From contig NW_021836152.1 of NCBI RefSeq assembly GCF_006345805.1, positions 208,018 through 272,017 on the forward strand: a DNA stretch of 64,000 nucleotides, in the 5' to 3' direction. The notes beneath the pieces are model-generated. The model was not told the origin of the DNA. It was given only the letters and a program-made list of their open reading frames with translations, and made no database searches. A program made the position numbers and the translations under genes. Numbering within the stretch: position 1 is the stretch's first letter; each line of letters opens with the position of its first letter. Source of the stretch: Octopus sinensis (Eukaryota). This document shows positions 24,740-38,255 of this stretch, one piece after another.

Positions 24740-25440
24740 TTTTTTCCTTCCTTCCTTATTTCCTTCCTTCTTTCATTCATTCATTCTTTTTTTCTGTTTT
24801 CTTCCTTCTTTCTTCTTTCTTCTTCTTTCTTCTTTTTCTTTCTTTCTTCTTTCTTTCTTTCGTTCTTTCTTTCTTCTTTCCTTTCTTTCTTTCTTCTTTC
24901 TTCTTCTTTCTTTCTTTTTCTTTATTTTTCCCTTCTTCTTTTGTTCTTTCTTCCTTCTTTCTCTCTTTCTGTCAGTTTTTCTTTATTTCCTTCTTTACGT
25001 TCTCCCTTCCTCCTTTCTTTCTCTTCTTTCTTCTTTTCTTTCTTTTTTCTCGCTTTCTTTCTTTCCTTCTATACTTTTTCCTTCCTTCTTTCTTCCTTTC
25101 TTTTTTCTCTCTTTCTCTCTTTCATTCTCTGTCTCATTTGTTATCAATCTTATTTTCTCCTGCGTAAAATAACTTCGCCGTTTGTTTATTCTTCCTTCCT
25201 TTTTTCCACTCTTTCTTTATTTCCTTCTTTCTTTCTCTTCTTTCCTTGTTTTATTTCCTTCCTCATTTCCTCCTTCCTTTCTTTTCTTCTTTCTACTATT
25301 CTTTCCTCTTTCTTTCTTTCTTCCTTTGTTTCTGTGTTTTTCTTTCTTTCTTTCACTCTTTTAGTTTTCCTTTTCGTACTCTTTTTTCTCTACCTTTCTA
25401 TCTCTCTTTCTCTTTCTTTCTCTCTCTCTCTCTTTTCTTT
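24740..25440. repeat. Polypyrimidine (CTTT/CT) tract
   Basis: Direct. Confidence 0.95.
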
Positions 25441-25849
25441 CCTCGTAAGTCGCGGTTTTCTCTTTTCGACGAGCGTCATTTGGGAAACATGACAACAAAG
25501 CTATAAGACGGACACACCGAACAAAGCTAGCAGTCAGAAACTCACTGGAGAAAGGCGGTGAAACGGCCCTAGTTTCGGTTCGACTTCCAGGGAGACTTAG
25601 ACAGATAGACACACATGTTGACGTCATGAAACGAGAGGATGTATATTTTGGTGGTGGGATCCATCTTTGCCGGCACCGTTCAGTTTTGATCATTTGCCGA
25701 GTGATTCGTGTCGCCGATGTCGTCGGATACTTCTAAGTTCTTTACACCGAGCTACACTACACCTCGGATGCTGGTTCATGTCTTTCGAAAGACACAGCGC
25801 ATTGTAGTAGCTGTTCTCTTAAGCAAGTCTCTCTGAACAATATCACTAA

Positions 25850-26970
25850 TCGTAAACTAACGATGGTTTTCACCTCGTCCAATGAAAGGGTACCCGCAAG
25901 ATTGTTTGTTTTTTATATCATCGGACAGCGATGGTAAGCGGAATGACAGCAGATCACCGCTTAAGTGGATCCTTTTTCTAACGTCTGGATACCATTTCCA
26001 ACGTCAGTCAGTTTATAGAGTGTTCTGATTGTGTTGATGTGGCACCAGTGAGGCTGAATGTTACATTGCACCAGCCTCCACGAGCGCACAAGATTAGGTA
26101 CGCTCAGCTTAAAAGAGATGCAGGGGACATGCCTATATGCAAGATCAACCACGATTTTACTTCGCCTGACGTCTTTTCTCAAGCATAGCAAACCGTCCTG
26201 TGTCTCGGTCCTTGTCATCCCTTCTGTGAGACCCAACGTCTGAAGATCCTTTCTCCCCATTTCGTCCCACGTTTTCTTGGGCCTACTCCTTCCGCAGTGT
26301 TTCCTTCACAATTAGAGATCAGCACCTCTTGATGAGAGAGTTTTCATTCATACTCATTACATGATCATACCAGCGCAGTCTTCTCTCTTGCACACTACAT
26401 CTAATGCCTCGTATACACAGTCCTTCTCTCAAATCACTTACAAACTGTTGTATACGCTCACTGATATTACTCATCCAGCGGAGCATACTGGCTTTATTTG
26501 TTTCAAGCCTTCGCATATCTTCACTAGTCACAGCCAATGTTTCACAATCATGTAGCGCAGCTGTTCGTACATAGGCATCATACAATCTGCATTTCACTCA
26601 GAGGGAGTGACCTATCGTCACTAACAGATGTAGTAGCTCTCAGAACTTTGCCCAGCCTATTCTTATTCAAGCAGTTATGCCTTTGGAACAACCTCACTCC
26701 ACAACAGTTAACTTGGCCACCTAAGCAAACAGTCTGCTACTTCTAAGGGTCCTCCTGACTTTTGAGGGAGTCTATTTTTTGTACGTTCCTAGTGTTTAAA
26801 GAACCTGGACATCTGCTACACGTAAAGACTACATTCTCATCTTAGGCTTCCAATGATACAAATAGATGTTGAACAAATACAGCCCCAAGGTAGTCAGGAC
26901 CGGCTTTAATTTCCTTGATTCCCTGATGAACTCAGTGTACAGGGAAACCGGTGCACCCCCACCCCACCCC
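25850..26970 (-). mobile_element. Old RTE-like LINE 3' remnant
   Basis: ORF 26319-26597: LYDAYVRTAALHDCET..MLRWM..ERRLRWYDHV (RT C-terminal signature). Confidence 0.75.
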
Positions 26971-27461
26971 AGCTCAGCATAACTCCCTTATATAGAAACA
27001 TGTTTCTATAATTTTTATTCAGCAAAATGTTGGAGAGTCATTCAAACACAATGTCATACCAACTTGAAAGATGGAATTTTCCTATATTACTCAAACAATT
27101 CTCTTCCATCACCATCATCATAGTCGTGAACATCATCCTAGGAATGTTCAGCTTCTCTCTTTCAGGCTGGTGTAGGTGGGATGTTACGGACAGTAGGTCA
27201 GAGAGCTCTGTCCAACCAATCCCTCTGTTCCTGCCTTGCTTGAAACTGAGCCTCAGTAGTATTTCTCCTTGGCATAAAACAAAAGCTGCATCTCATCTAC
27301 GCTAATTCTCTGAATGAAGTTTAATATTTTGAAATGTATCGGAGCACTGACCCTTTTCAACCAATTTGAAGCGATTCAGTTTTGTGAAAAAGGGGATTTC
27401 AGCTATAGGGCATAGAATTGGTTTCGAAACAGTAAATGTTGACCTTAAGAAGATTACTAAC

Positions 27462-27850
27462 CCATGGTTGTGTGGTTCCAAAGCTTTCTTCCTAAGTATG
27501 TGATCGCGAGTTCAGTCCCACTCCACGGTAACTTGGGCTATTATCTTCTCCTTTAGGCCAAAGGTTAACCAAAGGATTTGTATGTGGATTTAGTAACCGG
27601 AAACTGAAAGAAGCTCATCATGTGTGTACTTGATATCATGTGATGACTAAAAACGGCCTTACCATCAATACAAGTGATGTCGATCATTTCCAATCTTCCT
27701 TCAGAAACATGTCCGGCCGTCGGAAAATATTGCTGTGCTTGGGAACAGGTCAGAGTTGGAACCAGCAATTGAGTCCATCTATAGAAAATCTGCCTCAATA
27801 AATTCTGTCTGACCCATGCGAGCATGGAAAAGTAGACGTTAGGTGATGAC
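27462..27850 (+). mobile_element. Decayed SINE
   Basis: ggttgtgtgg..gagttcagtcccact..ggaaactgaaagaagc.. head; tail gacccatgcgagcatggaaaagtagacgtta. Confidence 0.65.
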
Positions 27851-29098
27851 AAAGAGAATGGCATGGGCGATGTGTGTACTTGTACATATGTATATATGTA
27901 TGTACACACACACGCACACACACACACACGAGCGCGCGCGCACTTTTTAATCGAGACCCATTATGATCGGTGGGAACGTCTGAGATTCTAAGTTGGGTTT
28001 CTCTAATAGCCTGACCATCGTTTCTTACACAAACGAATCTAATTTAATCCTCTTTAGAACAACCATTGTGTATATATGTGTCGGTGTGTGTCTGTATGCC
28101 TGTGTATGTATGTTTGCGGATGCGTGTGTGTGTTTGTGTGCGTGCATCCGTAACTGAACTTAATGTTGTTGTAACCATATTTCAGACAGGTGGCCAATAC
28201 AATGCCTGATTCCATGCAGTCTCTACAAATTCTACCCACACAGCTTATATCGATCTTGTCGAAATCTACAATGAAGATCTGTGGTAGTCCTTACCAAGTT
28301 CTTCTGTGTTGCCACTGAACATTTAGAACGGCTGCTCTTCATCGAAATTACAACAAAATATCTGGAACAGATTCTCTCTGTGACAGGCTGAAATAGTATC
28401 AAAGATTTGTAAACTAGACCTATCAAACCCCATTAATATCAAAACAGTTTTTAAAAATAAGAAAATCAGGAAAACATCTTTTTGTTGAATAATATATTAT
28501 TTATTTACATTGAGATGAATCACACAGCTCTATAACGTATGATGTAATATATATTTTAGAATATGTTCTGCCGTAGCTTTACAATGTAATATATATTTCG
28601 AGCATTGGTTTATGAATATAATTTTGTGATGAATTCAAACAAACTTTCTAAGATTAAGCATTATCTTTAAATTAGGGTTAAATATATAAAATATATTCAA
28701 GTAAAGAAAAAAAAACATTTGAAATATTTGCTGAGTGGAAAGACGACATGGTGAGACAAGATAAGAATTTAAATGGAGATTTTGTGTTTCTTTTATAAGA
28801 TTGTTAACATGTAAGAGTAACAATTTGAATCAGATAATGTCGTCATTGTGTGTGTGTGTGTGGATGGGGGGTGAAACGCTATTCCAGTGGAATACATACA
28901 CTGTTTCTAGTTCATTAATATTTTATTATCAATTAACTAATTAGAAATCATTATGGTAACTATCTTTGTTCAAGGATCCAGGCTAAAACCTACGTATTTT
29001 GTGTGACTATTCCAGAAGCGTCCCATCGAATAAAGAAATATAGTCAAAAGGCTGCTAATGCCAATTGCTCGTAACATATATCGATTCAATATAGGGCC

Positions 29099-31070
29099 TT
29101 ATCTCTCATAATAAAATAATCCATCAAAACGGTTGTCCAAATTTCCGTAAATCATGATGAAATAATCCGAAACATGTATGGCCTTGATGTGACAGACTTC
29201 AATTTCCTGAGAGCTGAGAAAGATTTCGCATTTGCTGTCTACAGATACTTGGTGGATATTGTTATTAAAATCTGATATGTAAATATTTTCGCCGTGGATG
29301 GTCAAGGATTTGTTGAAAATGTTTGGAAATGGTTCCTCACCTTGAATCATTAGTTGTTGACTTCTAACCCAATTGTCTCTGTACCAACATACATCGTAAT
29401 GATCTTCCTTGTACTTAAGAACGACAATGTCTTCATTCGATGTCACACCCATTGCTACAACCTTCCCCTCCTTCCCTAAATTCACTTGGCCCTTATACTC
29501 GTACATTTCACGGCCAATGTGAAGTATGTCTGCGTATGTCACATATGGAATATTACTACATTCATTTGGAGCGTCTTCAAACACACATACCAGATTATTG
29601 CCGTTCTTTTTGTACATTAAATTGTATGGTTTTTCAGTTGTGATCCTTTTTAAAAGACACAAATCTGTATCGAAGAAAATCAGTTGTTTATCGTCACGAA
29701 AGAGGACTACAAATGATTCATCGGTCCATTGACATATATCTTGAGCTTCTTTTTCAAATGTTTGACTGTAAAGCAGATGACCGTCTCCACTGGTGACCAT
29801 GAGAGTACATTTATGGAGGAGCACGACGATACTATTGTCTTGTAACATAATTAGCTTAAAAGCATTAAGAAAACAAAACATCGAATTTGAATCTAGTAAA
29901 CCAGATAGAGAAAATGAAAGCGGGAACATTGCTGTTCTATGTGGCAGTCTTCTCACTGATATTTCATCAATTCCTAACATACTTTCCGCTATGTAATTAC
30001 CACGTCTTACTTCTATTTCCCTTGATGTACTTCTTCTTTCTCCTCCATCGCCACCGTTTTTAAGTTTGTTAAATAATTCATTACTGAACATTCCCTTCTT
30101 CTTCTGAGATGTAATGGAAGGGAAGTGAAGGCCAAAATCAAGATTTGATAACGACATAGATTCCAGAACCTTCAGTTGGTCCCCATCAATTTTTATAGTA
30201 TCACATTCAATCATGTTGATATGTACACACCAGTAAATATTTCCCACTTTTCTCCATATTATACCATAAGGTACTCGACTTTCCCAAACTTTATATTTCT
30301 CCAAGTTTTGTGACTTCAGTTGAAATATTTCTTGTCTGTTAGGGAGTGTAACCAAGATATTTCTTTCTCCTGTAAAACATACACCACCAACAAAACTTTC
30401 AAAATCTCTGTAACATAGCAACTTCCCGTCATCATCAAATAGTTTAACATTTCCACTATTGGCCATTTCGCACACAACTGTCTTTCCTTCATCAGAGATA
30501 TCGATATCTTTTACTTGGACAGGACAATTGTTTGTTTGTAACCGTGAAACGGGGAATTTTTGCCGATTAATCTTGTACAAACCTTCAATATATAAGTACG
30601 AGTCATAGTTTGCAACAATTCTCGGACCTTTACAGTTAATACTGTTGAAATCCAATGGACGTTTATAATGTCTTTCATTTAAGAATATTCTCTTGTATTC
30701 ACCGTTCTGCAACAATGAGACAATACGATACTTTTTCGTGTTTTCATAGATGTTCTTCCGTCCAGTAATGTACAAATAAGTATCATCGGTTGCCATAGAA
30801 ATGGGTCGGGAATAAATACTGTGCTTAAATGAATATAAATATTGCCCGTTCGGGTTCAGAATAGTGATGAGCCTCTCGGTATTGACGATGATGTTGTCAT
30901 TAGCAATAACTGAGATATGGGTGATATTATATCTGTAGCACATCCAAAATAAGTCTATTTCTCTCATAATACGGACAGCTGACTGTATTTCATCGATATA
31001 TATATAAAACAGGCCGTTTTCAATTTCGGGTATGCGGGTACCACCACCAACATTACTGCTACTGCTGCTG

Positions 31071-31123
<53 letters not shown>

Positions 31124-33957
31124 GCTGCTACACACCAGTAGATTGTCGGATCGACAAGCGATACAATTGTATCTATTTTCCGTGTGGTAAGTTGCCAAGA
31201 CCAATGGGAATTCCACTTTTAATGTCAGCAGTTGATAGTTATTGGTCGTTATAACCAATGTGTTTGATCGCCAGCAACACATATGTCTAGGGACAACATT
31301 TAACTTGATAGAGTCAACAAGTTGACCATCAAAAGTTAATATCTTAATGTTTTCATTTGTGCTGTCATATAAAGCAACCAGGTTATTTTCTGTAATAACC
31401 AAACAACCAATCTCCACTGGATGTTTATCTCCAAAACTTTGAGGGACAACAACTTCATGAGCTTTATCAGAAACTGTGATATCTTGTAGATACAATCTAG
31501 AAGACAACATTTCACTGAGACTGATGTTTCTAGAAAATACATCTACCAGATCGATGAACATGTTAATTTGGCTTCTTGTGACATGATCTTTCACCAGCAA
31601 GTCATGCTCATTTACAGCAAACATGCGGCTGTTGTCTATCAAATGGACACACATTTTATCAATACGTCCACCATAGAGATTGGATTGTGTTTTCGCTTGT
31701 GACAGTAAAATATTCGGTATCATCTCAATGCTATAAGGACCACCGCCATAACCACCATCACTATAGAGATTGGAGGGTGTTTTCCCTTGGGATGGTAAAA
31801 CACTTCTTCTCCTCTTCCTGATGATCTTGTAGAAGAATACTGCTTTCTTACCAACAATCAATAGTTTTAGTGTTTCATTTTCTAACGATAATGATTTCAT
31901 TACAAAAGGAATATTAATTCTATGAATTATTTGAACTTGATTACAATTTTTAATGTTTAAAATATCTAAATGCGATGGTTTATCGCAATAACAAATAATA
32001 TGACTTTCAACCAGCTTACACACCCGTACATAAGGCTGGTTTAATGCTACACTTATAACTGCCTTTGATACGTTTCCGAAGACCCGTAATTGCTTCTCTA
32101 GAGGTAATGTGATGCCTATCTGATTATAATTCCATCGACATATATCTGTAGCTGTAGACGGCAGAGATAATCTAGACACAATGTTCCCTTCGTTGGAAAT
32201 GTATAACAAACAATCATTATATATGTCGGACAACACCAACTGTCCATTTGCCAGATGACATATTTCACCAATGAGAACTTGGTCATTCTCCTTTCCTTCG
32301 AGTCGAATATTTAGATTTTTATTATAAGGATTTTGAAAGGTTACATGACAGTCTGACCAGTCATGGTACTTGTAAAGAAGAATCCGACTGAGTAGATCGT
32401 CCAGCACATAAGCTGTTCCTTGGAAAACAGCAGCGTGACAGCGAAAGTTTGAAGGAAGTTTCAACTGCCATTTCCTTTGTCCAGTTATATTGTAACAAGT
32501 CATCAAAGACTCTCTCCTGAAGATAACATAGAAGTATAATTTGTCTGTGAAGACATGATGAGGATAGCAATTGAACTCAATGTGTTTCTTGGAAAGCTCC
32601 TCACCAAAGCTTGAATAGAATAACAAGTTACGTTTCTTTCTGTCTACAACTACAAAATTAATTGGAGTAGCAGCAATGGCGACATTGTCATGTTCCAATG
32701 AAATTCTGTTTACAATGTCGACATGATCCGTTTTAATCAATAAAATATGTACCTCCACTTTACCTTCATTGGTGGTCAGAGCCAAACACCTATTTGATAC
32801 CATATGACACATTTGAACGTAATTGTTTTCGACGTCTATTAAATCACCTTCAGTTAGTTGTGGACAGGTAATATACTGAAGTTTCCTGTCCTCACTAAAA
32901 AGGACAAGAAATGTGGTCGAATCCACTCTACAGAAAACAGAAGGCTGGAGTTTAAAGGTTAAACATTTTCCACCAAACGGTTGCCCTTCTTCAGTAACTA
33001 ATATAGCTTTTAGATCCCGATATATAATTACTACTGAAGAGGCTGACATAGGTAGAATCGTTGTAATGTTGGAGGGGTCATCAATATGGATTTGGTTTAT
33101 CAGGCTCGGGACATGGTCTTGGTGATGGTAAGACAGCCGAGGCCAAAAATCTTTATTTGTCCTAATAATATGTACAAGACCAAAACGGTCAGTCAAGTAA
33201 ATATTATTTGTTCCCACACAAATATATCGAGCTTTTATCCAAATTTCTCTTTGGGATACAGCACCGTTTGCTGAAATCTTGTAAATTACATTTCCTTGCA
33301 GAGCGTAAGAATAATTTCGATATACGGTGAGGTCGGTTGGAATATCGATGGAATGGGTCCTCAACTGAAACAAGTGTCTGCCATCTATTGTGTAACAGCT
33401 AATTCTATTTATATTAGCTAAGGCTATTAAGATATGATACTGTGCACCAACTGCTATGTTTCCAACAATTTCTTTCACACTAAATTTTTCTTCAAATTTA
33501 TTTTTATCCCAGTCTATGAGATATATTGTCTTACTAAACATTTCAGTCTCTACAAATGTAGAATGTTTGAAATAAGAAATTGTAAAGAAACTATAATCCA
33601 GAGATTTTATGTGGAAACTTGATGGATTAATGAAAACTATTTTCTTGTGGAATGGAATTGTGGCTAGAACGGTGTCTTCACCAATTCTTGTCATGTCTGT
33701 GACATTAGAAGAACAATGAAAATCAAAATCACCGCCTGTTGTGGCACAACTTATTAACTTCAAATCTGGTGAATAGGTTACAGTTCCATTGCAGATTTCA
33801 ACGATACTTGAAACTGTGACCAGGTTGTTGGAATCATTATCGGAGTCTGTGAGCTGCAATATTTTGGACACAGCTGGGCAAAGGGGACGGAATTTGGATG
33901 AATGCGACTTCATAATACTTTTACAGTCAAAACGTGGTATCTGCATGTAGTGATCAT
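29099..33957 (-). CDS. Large terminal coding exon (~1619 aa): about six tandem NHL-like beta-propeller modules and a ~25-residue poly-Ser tract
   Basis: Uninterrupted 1615-aa ORF; acceptor ttattcag|ATGATCACTACATG (exon starts 33957, phase 1) with an in-frame stop just upstream; recurring modules such as IGEICHLANGQLVLSD..LSLPSTATDICRWNYNQIGITLPLEKQL. Confidence 0.9.
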
Positions 33958-34168
33958 CTGAATAACAATAACAACAGAAATAAAATTATATTAAATTTTC
34001 AAAAGACATGGATGGGTAATATTAATTTGTAACAGCAACTTCCTACGCAATTCGAGTCACAAAACAAATCAAATCTTCTCAATTTAACGAAAACATTGCA
34101 CAACATTCCTACCACACCATTTTCAAGACACTTTCCATTTCATTTATTGTAGATAAACACGGAAATAG

Positions 34169-34684
34169 CGACATCAGTGGGGTTACAAGCTGAAAACACT
34201 GATATACACCAGCGGAGTTTGTTACTGAAGAGCGATATCCGTGATGATCTGGCTATGTATACCTTGACCACTTCAATTGTGGTTAATACTAGAAGGTCTA
34301 CACATGTACAACCACATACTGTACAATGAGGAAATAATTTATTGCATCCCGACTGCTACCACACTCCACCCCACAAAACAAAACACTGTATTTTGTAAGT
34401 TAACTCTGTGATGTTTAACAAGATGAAAGAATGGAATATTTGACGGGTTAGATCTGGGTGTTTTTTACGGAGGCTGTGACCAGCTGCGTATTGTTATATA
34501 TATGTGTGTGTGTGTGTATGTGAGTATTAAAGATGGCCTGAGTAGCTATTACACGACCTTCTAGTATTAACCACAATTGAAGTGGTCAAGGTATACATAG
34601 CCAGATCATCACGGATATCGCTCTTCAGTAACAAACACCGCTGGTGTATATCAGTGTTTTCAGCTTGTAACCCCACTGATGTCG
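34169..34684. repeat. 130-bp near-perfect inverted duplication (34169-34298 / 34555-34684)
   Basis: Arms are reverse complements with one mismatch seen by eye. Confidence 0.93.
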
Positions 34685-34696
34685 TAAGATTTATGA

Positions 34697-34810
34697 TCTC
34701 TCTCTCTTTCTCTCTCTCTCACTTTCTCCCTCTCTCTTTATTTCTCTCTCTCTCTTTCTCTCTCTCTCTTTCTCTCTCTCTCTCTTCTCTCTCTCTCTTT
34801 CTCTCTCTTT

Positions 34811-34862
<52 letters not shown>
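34697..34862. repeat. (CT)n microsatellite
   Basis: Direct. Confidence 0.95.
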
Positions 34863-34865
<3 letters not shown>

Positions 34866-35284
34866 GACCTCATGTTAGACGTTAAAAATTAGATTAGTCC
34901 CAACACCAATTCTATCAATGAATGAGGTAAATAAAATTCGAATAAACAAAACAGAAATTGCCTTTTACCGATTTAGAGAAAACGAATAATTATTGATAAT
35001 TTATAGTCAATAACTTTCTGCACTCCACTTCCTTATTGCTGGGCTAATTCTAAATGCTCTGATTTAAAATACCAATTAGTGTTTTACAAATATACAGATA
35101 TATATGAAAATATTCACAGAAATATATAACCCTGTAACTACCCATGTGATCTTTTAGTAATTACTAGTATTTATGGCAATCCAGAAACCTGTAATTATCC
35201 ATTATCTCAGTTGAGATTTGGTCAGTCTATCTCCTAATTTAACATGTATAACTTTGATGTATTTGCAAGTAATTAGCATCCATC

Positions 35285-36550
35285 GCTACCTACCATCACT
35301 ACCACTATCATCATTGAACGTCGGTTCCCCATTCTGGCTGGGTTTGTACGTTTTGTCAGGGGCTGGCTAGGGAGAAGAATGCACCAGGCTTCACTGTCTG
35401 ATTTGGCAGGATTTTACAGCTGGATACTCTTCCCAACACCAACAACCTTACAGTGGGATCTGGATCCACAAGCACTGGTGGGGGTCACCAAAGAACTTGT
35501 AAGACAAAAAGCCTTTGAGAGGGAGAGTATTGGAGGAGGAGGTGGTTGTGTGCCAGAGGATGACAGCTTCGACTGTGACAGAGGGATTGAAACAGGTGTT
35601 TTATAGTAGAAGACATACATGATTACCCAGTGAGAGGAGGAGGGCAAGAGAAACAGTGAGAGTGAGCAACCAAGGAATCTTAATAAATAATTAAGCACTC
35701 TGGTACCTCACACACCGTTGTAACTCAGTCTCCATCATTTATTGTTGTCATCCTCCACCGCTCCTTCGAATCACTTTTTTTATCCTTATTGTCTCGTATC
35801 TTTTAGTCTTTGCATTCCGATTCTTCTATAATCTCTTCTTCTCCCATCTTAAACATATCAGTGAACAAAGACATCATAGAGTAGTGAGGACTAACTTTCT
35901 AATAATTTGGAATGTGACACAACCTTACTAATGCTGGTGCTATGATCAAATGCTCCCACTACGCACTAGGAAGTGGTTGTTGGATGAGAGTTGACAACGT
36001 AAGTTTGAGAGGGAGGTTTAATCTTGCCGAGGACATGGCAATCTCTTGTAGTGTTTGAGCCACAATTATATTCACCCAGGACCCTTTGAAAGTGGTTGGT
36101 GATAAGAAGGGTATACCACCATGAAAAAGCTGGAATGGTTAATTGAGAGGTAATCCTCAAGCAATCATTATGGGTAGTTTACTGTTAATAAGAAATGACA
36201 TGGACAGTGACCACCCATCCAGTACATGGGAGCATAGAGAGCAGATGATAAAAGGGAGAGGATGATATCATTTACTGTATTGAAACTTGTAGATAGTGAA
36301 AGGGAGCGAGAAAGAGAGAGAGAGAAAGAAAGACACAGAGAGAGAGAGCTTGTCTGAGCTGCAAAGCAGCCTTCTACTTGAATAAAGGCAATATTGAATA
36401 GATATAATGGTTGAATAGTGGACGTAATGACAGTGAAAAAACCAGGCTGTTCACTATTAGAACAAGTTTCACCATAACATCTGGTTAAGCAAAAGCGCCA
36501 ACAACAATAATCAATCAGTAAGCTTACTAAAAATGTAAAATGAACAAACA
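35285..36550 (-). mobile_element. Old LINE/SINE remnant with (GAT)n-type tail
   Basis: Minus-strand 3' end ..atccagctgtaaaatcctgccaaatcagac..gcctggtgca..cagaatggggaaccgacgttcaatgatgat resembles a common cephalopod retroposon tail. Confidence 0.55.
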
Positions 36551-36644
36551 CTTTGTCATTAAATCACCTGTTTACCTTTAAACAACAAAATCCTTTTAGT
36601 TCCTATTCTAAAGGACAATATTATTTTCTACTCTAGGCACAAGG

Positions 36645-36832
36645 CCAGAATCCTTTGGCGACGGCGCCAGTCGATTAGATCGACCCCAGTACGCAACTGG
36701 TACTCAATTTATCGACCCCGAAAGGATGAAAGGCAAAATCGACCTCGGTGGAATTTGAACTTAGGATGTAAAGACAGATGAAGTAACGCTAAGCATTTCG
36801 CCCGGCGTTCTAATGTTTCTGCCAGCTCGCCA
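36645..36832 (-). mobile_element. tRNA-derived SINE, complete
   Basis: Head ggcgagctggcagaaacattagaacgccgggcgaaatg, B-box-like agttcaaattcc, body cctttcatcctttcggggtcgataaatt.. Confidence 0.85.
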
Positions 36833-37352
36833 CCTTCCCAAAAGACAATATTAACTCTATTCTGTTTTCTAATTTAGCCATTTTGCCAACAGCGATAACC
36901 TTGGTGGACATTTTATTAAATTTCAATAATAACAATATTTTTAAAAAAATTGATGTGGTTACTTGACTGGGAACGAGAGGAGCTGCTGCTTGTTGTATAC
37001 AAAGGGAGTGGAAGAGAGAGGGCGAGAGAGACTAAAGTGAGATGACTGATGGTACTTATTCTCCTTAAAGGGACAGAACCGCTTAAGGGTTTATATTTTA
37101 TCTTTTGCATATTTCTCCTTATCTTGAGACGCCTATTTTTCTGAGTGGAAGAATATCTGATGCTTCCACTTTACTATAAAATCCATTTATTGGATATTCC
37201 TGTAGTTGTACAAGAATAGAAAAAAATGTGTAGCTAACCATTCGAAATAAATGTAGCAATAGGACTTGTTCTCAGTCATTCTGTCAAACAAAGTTGCTCG
37301 GATAATGGTAAAATTGATAGAAATCAATAAGGTATTGGTAATTTATACTCAC

Positions 37353-37403
37353 CAACTGGCTCCACCTCTGTTTGGACTTCATTGTCAACAAGCGTTAAAG
37401 TAA
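37353..37403 (-). CDS. 51-nt symmetric phase-1 micro-exon: (V)TLTLVDNEVQTEVEPV
   Basis: ttttgtttcag| ... |GTGAGT; open frame; joins in frame to the 33957 exon. Confidence 0.8.
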
Positions 37404-38198
37404 CTGAAACAAAATTTTCTAAATTTTACACTTTACAGAAAAATGTCTTTATCTTAATAATCCAAATTTTGTTATTGTGTGACATTCTTGTCATTGCTGG
37501 TCAGATGGTGACCCGTACGGCTTGGGTCAACATTTTCATACTTTCTATAGGGATACCATGTAATAACTCAATATTCAGGTCCACAAGTAAATAGACTAAC
37601 CTTCATATATCTCCCTATTAAGACTTCCCACATAATCTAAGAATCACTCTATTAAGATATCTACATAATCTAATAATTATCTTATATAATTATCACTTGA
37701 TAACACTGATTATCTCTTAGCTTAATTTTCCCTTTCATCTATCGGAGCCCAATCTATGATATGGCATTGTTCTCTCACCTCCAGATTTCCCTAATGAATA
37801 CCCAGGAAGAATGGGACGAAATGGTGAGTAATGATCTTGAAATGTTGAGCCTAACAGTCACTTGGCAGTTTGCTGTGCTTGAGAACAACCACCAAACTAA
37901 ATAAAATCAAGGTCATAAGCGCATGTTTGTCCCCGAACAATGCCTCCCCCACACATGTCGCATTCTCCTCCATTCTCCCTCATGTATCTACATGCACATA
38001 TGATGCCCTACTGTTTCTCATCCCCAACCATATCCACCATTCCTCCTCCCTCTACTATCTTCCTTTCGCAAACTTATAAACTAACCTTCCCTCACAGATC
38101 ACTCTCTGTCGTATTTCACTATTTTCTCTATCGGCACATGAGGCAGCCATAGAAACAAAGGCAAAATAAACATTTATAGGCTGTTATTTTATACTTAT

Positions 38199-38255
38199 CA
38201 ACTGGCTCTGCTACTACCATCGTCTGCACTTATTTCCCTTCAAGCTTTAGATTCT
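38199..38255 (-). pseudogene. Dead paralogous micro-exon (57 nt): NLKLEGK*VQTMVVAEPV
   Basis: Intact acceptor tttatttcag, internal TAA, donor mutated to ATAAGT. Confidence 0.7.

Noticed and set aside
35294-35366. Apparent 73-nt exon (ctccctag|CCAGCC..GATG|GTAGGT) whose donor phase fits the big exon
   Set aside because: It lies in the 3' end and (GAT)n tail of a retroposon remnant and its acceptor is phase 0, incompatible with the upstream phase-1 exons. Exonisation cannot be excluded without RNA data.
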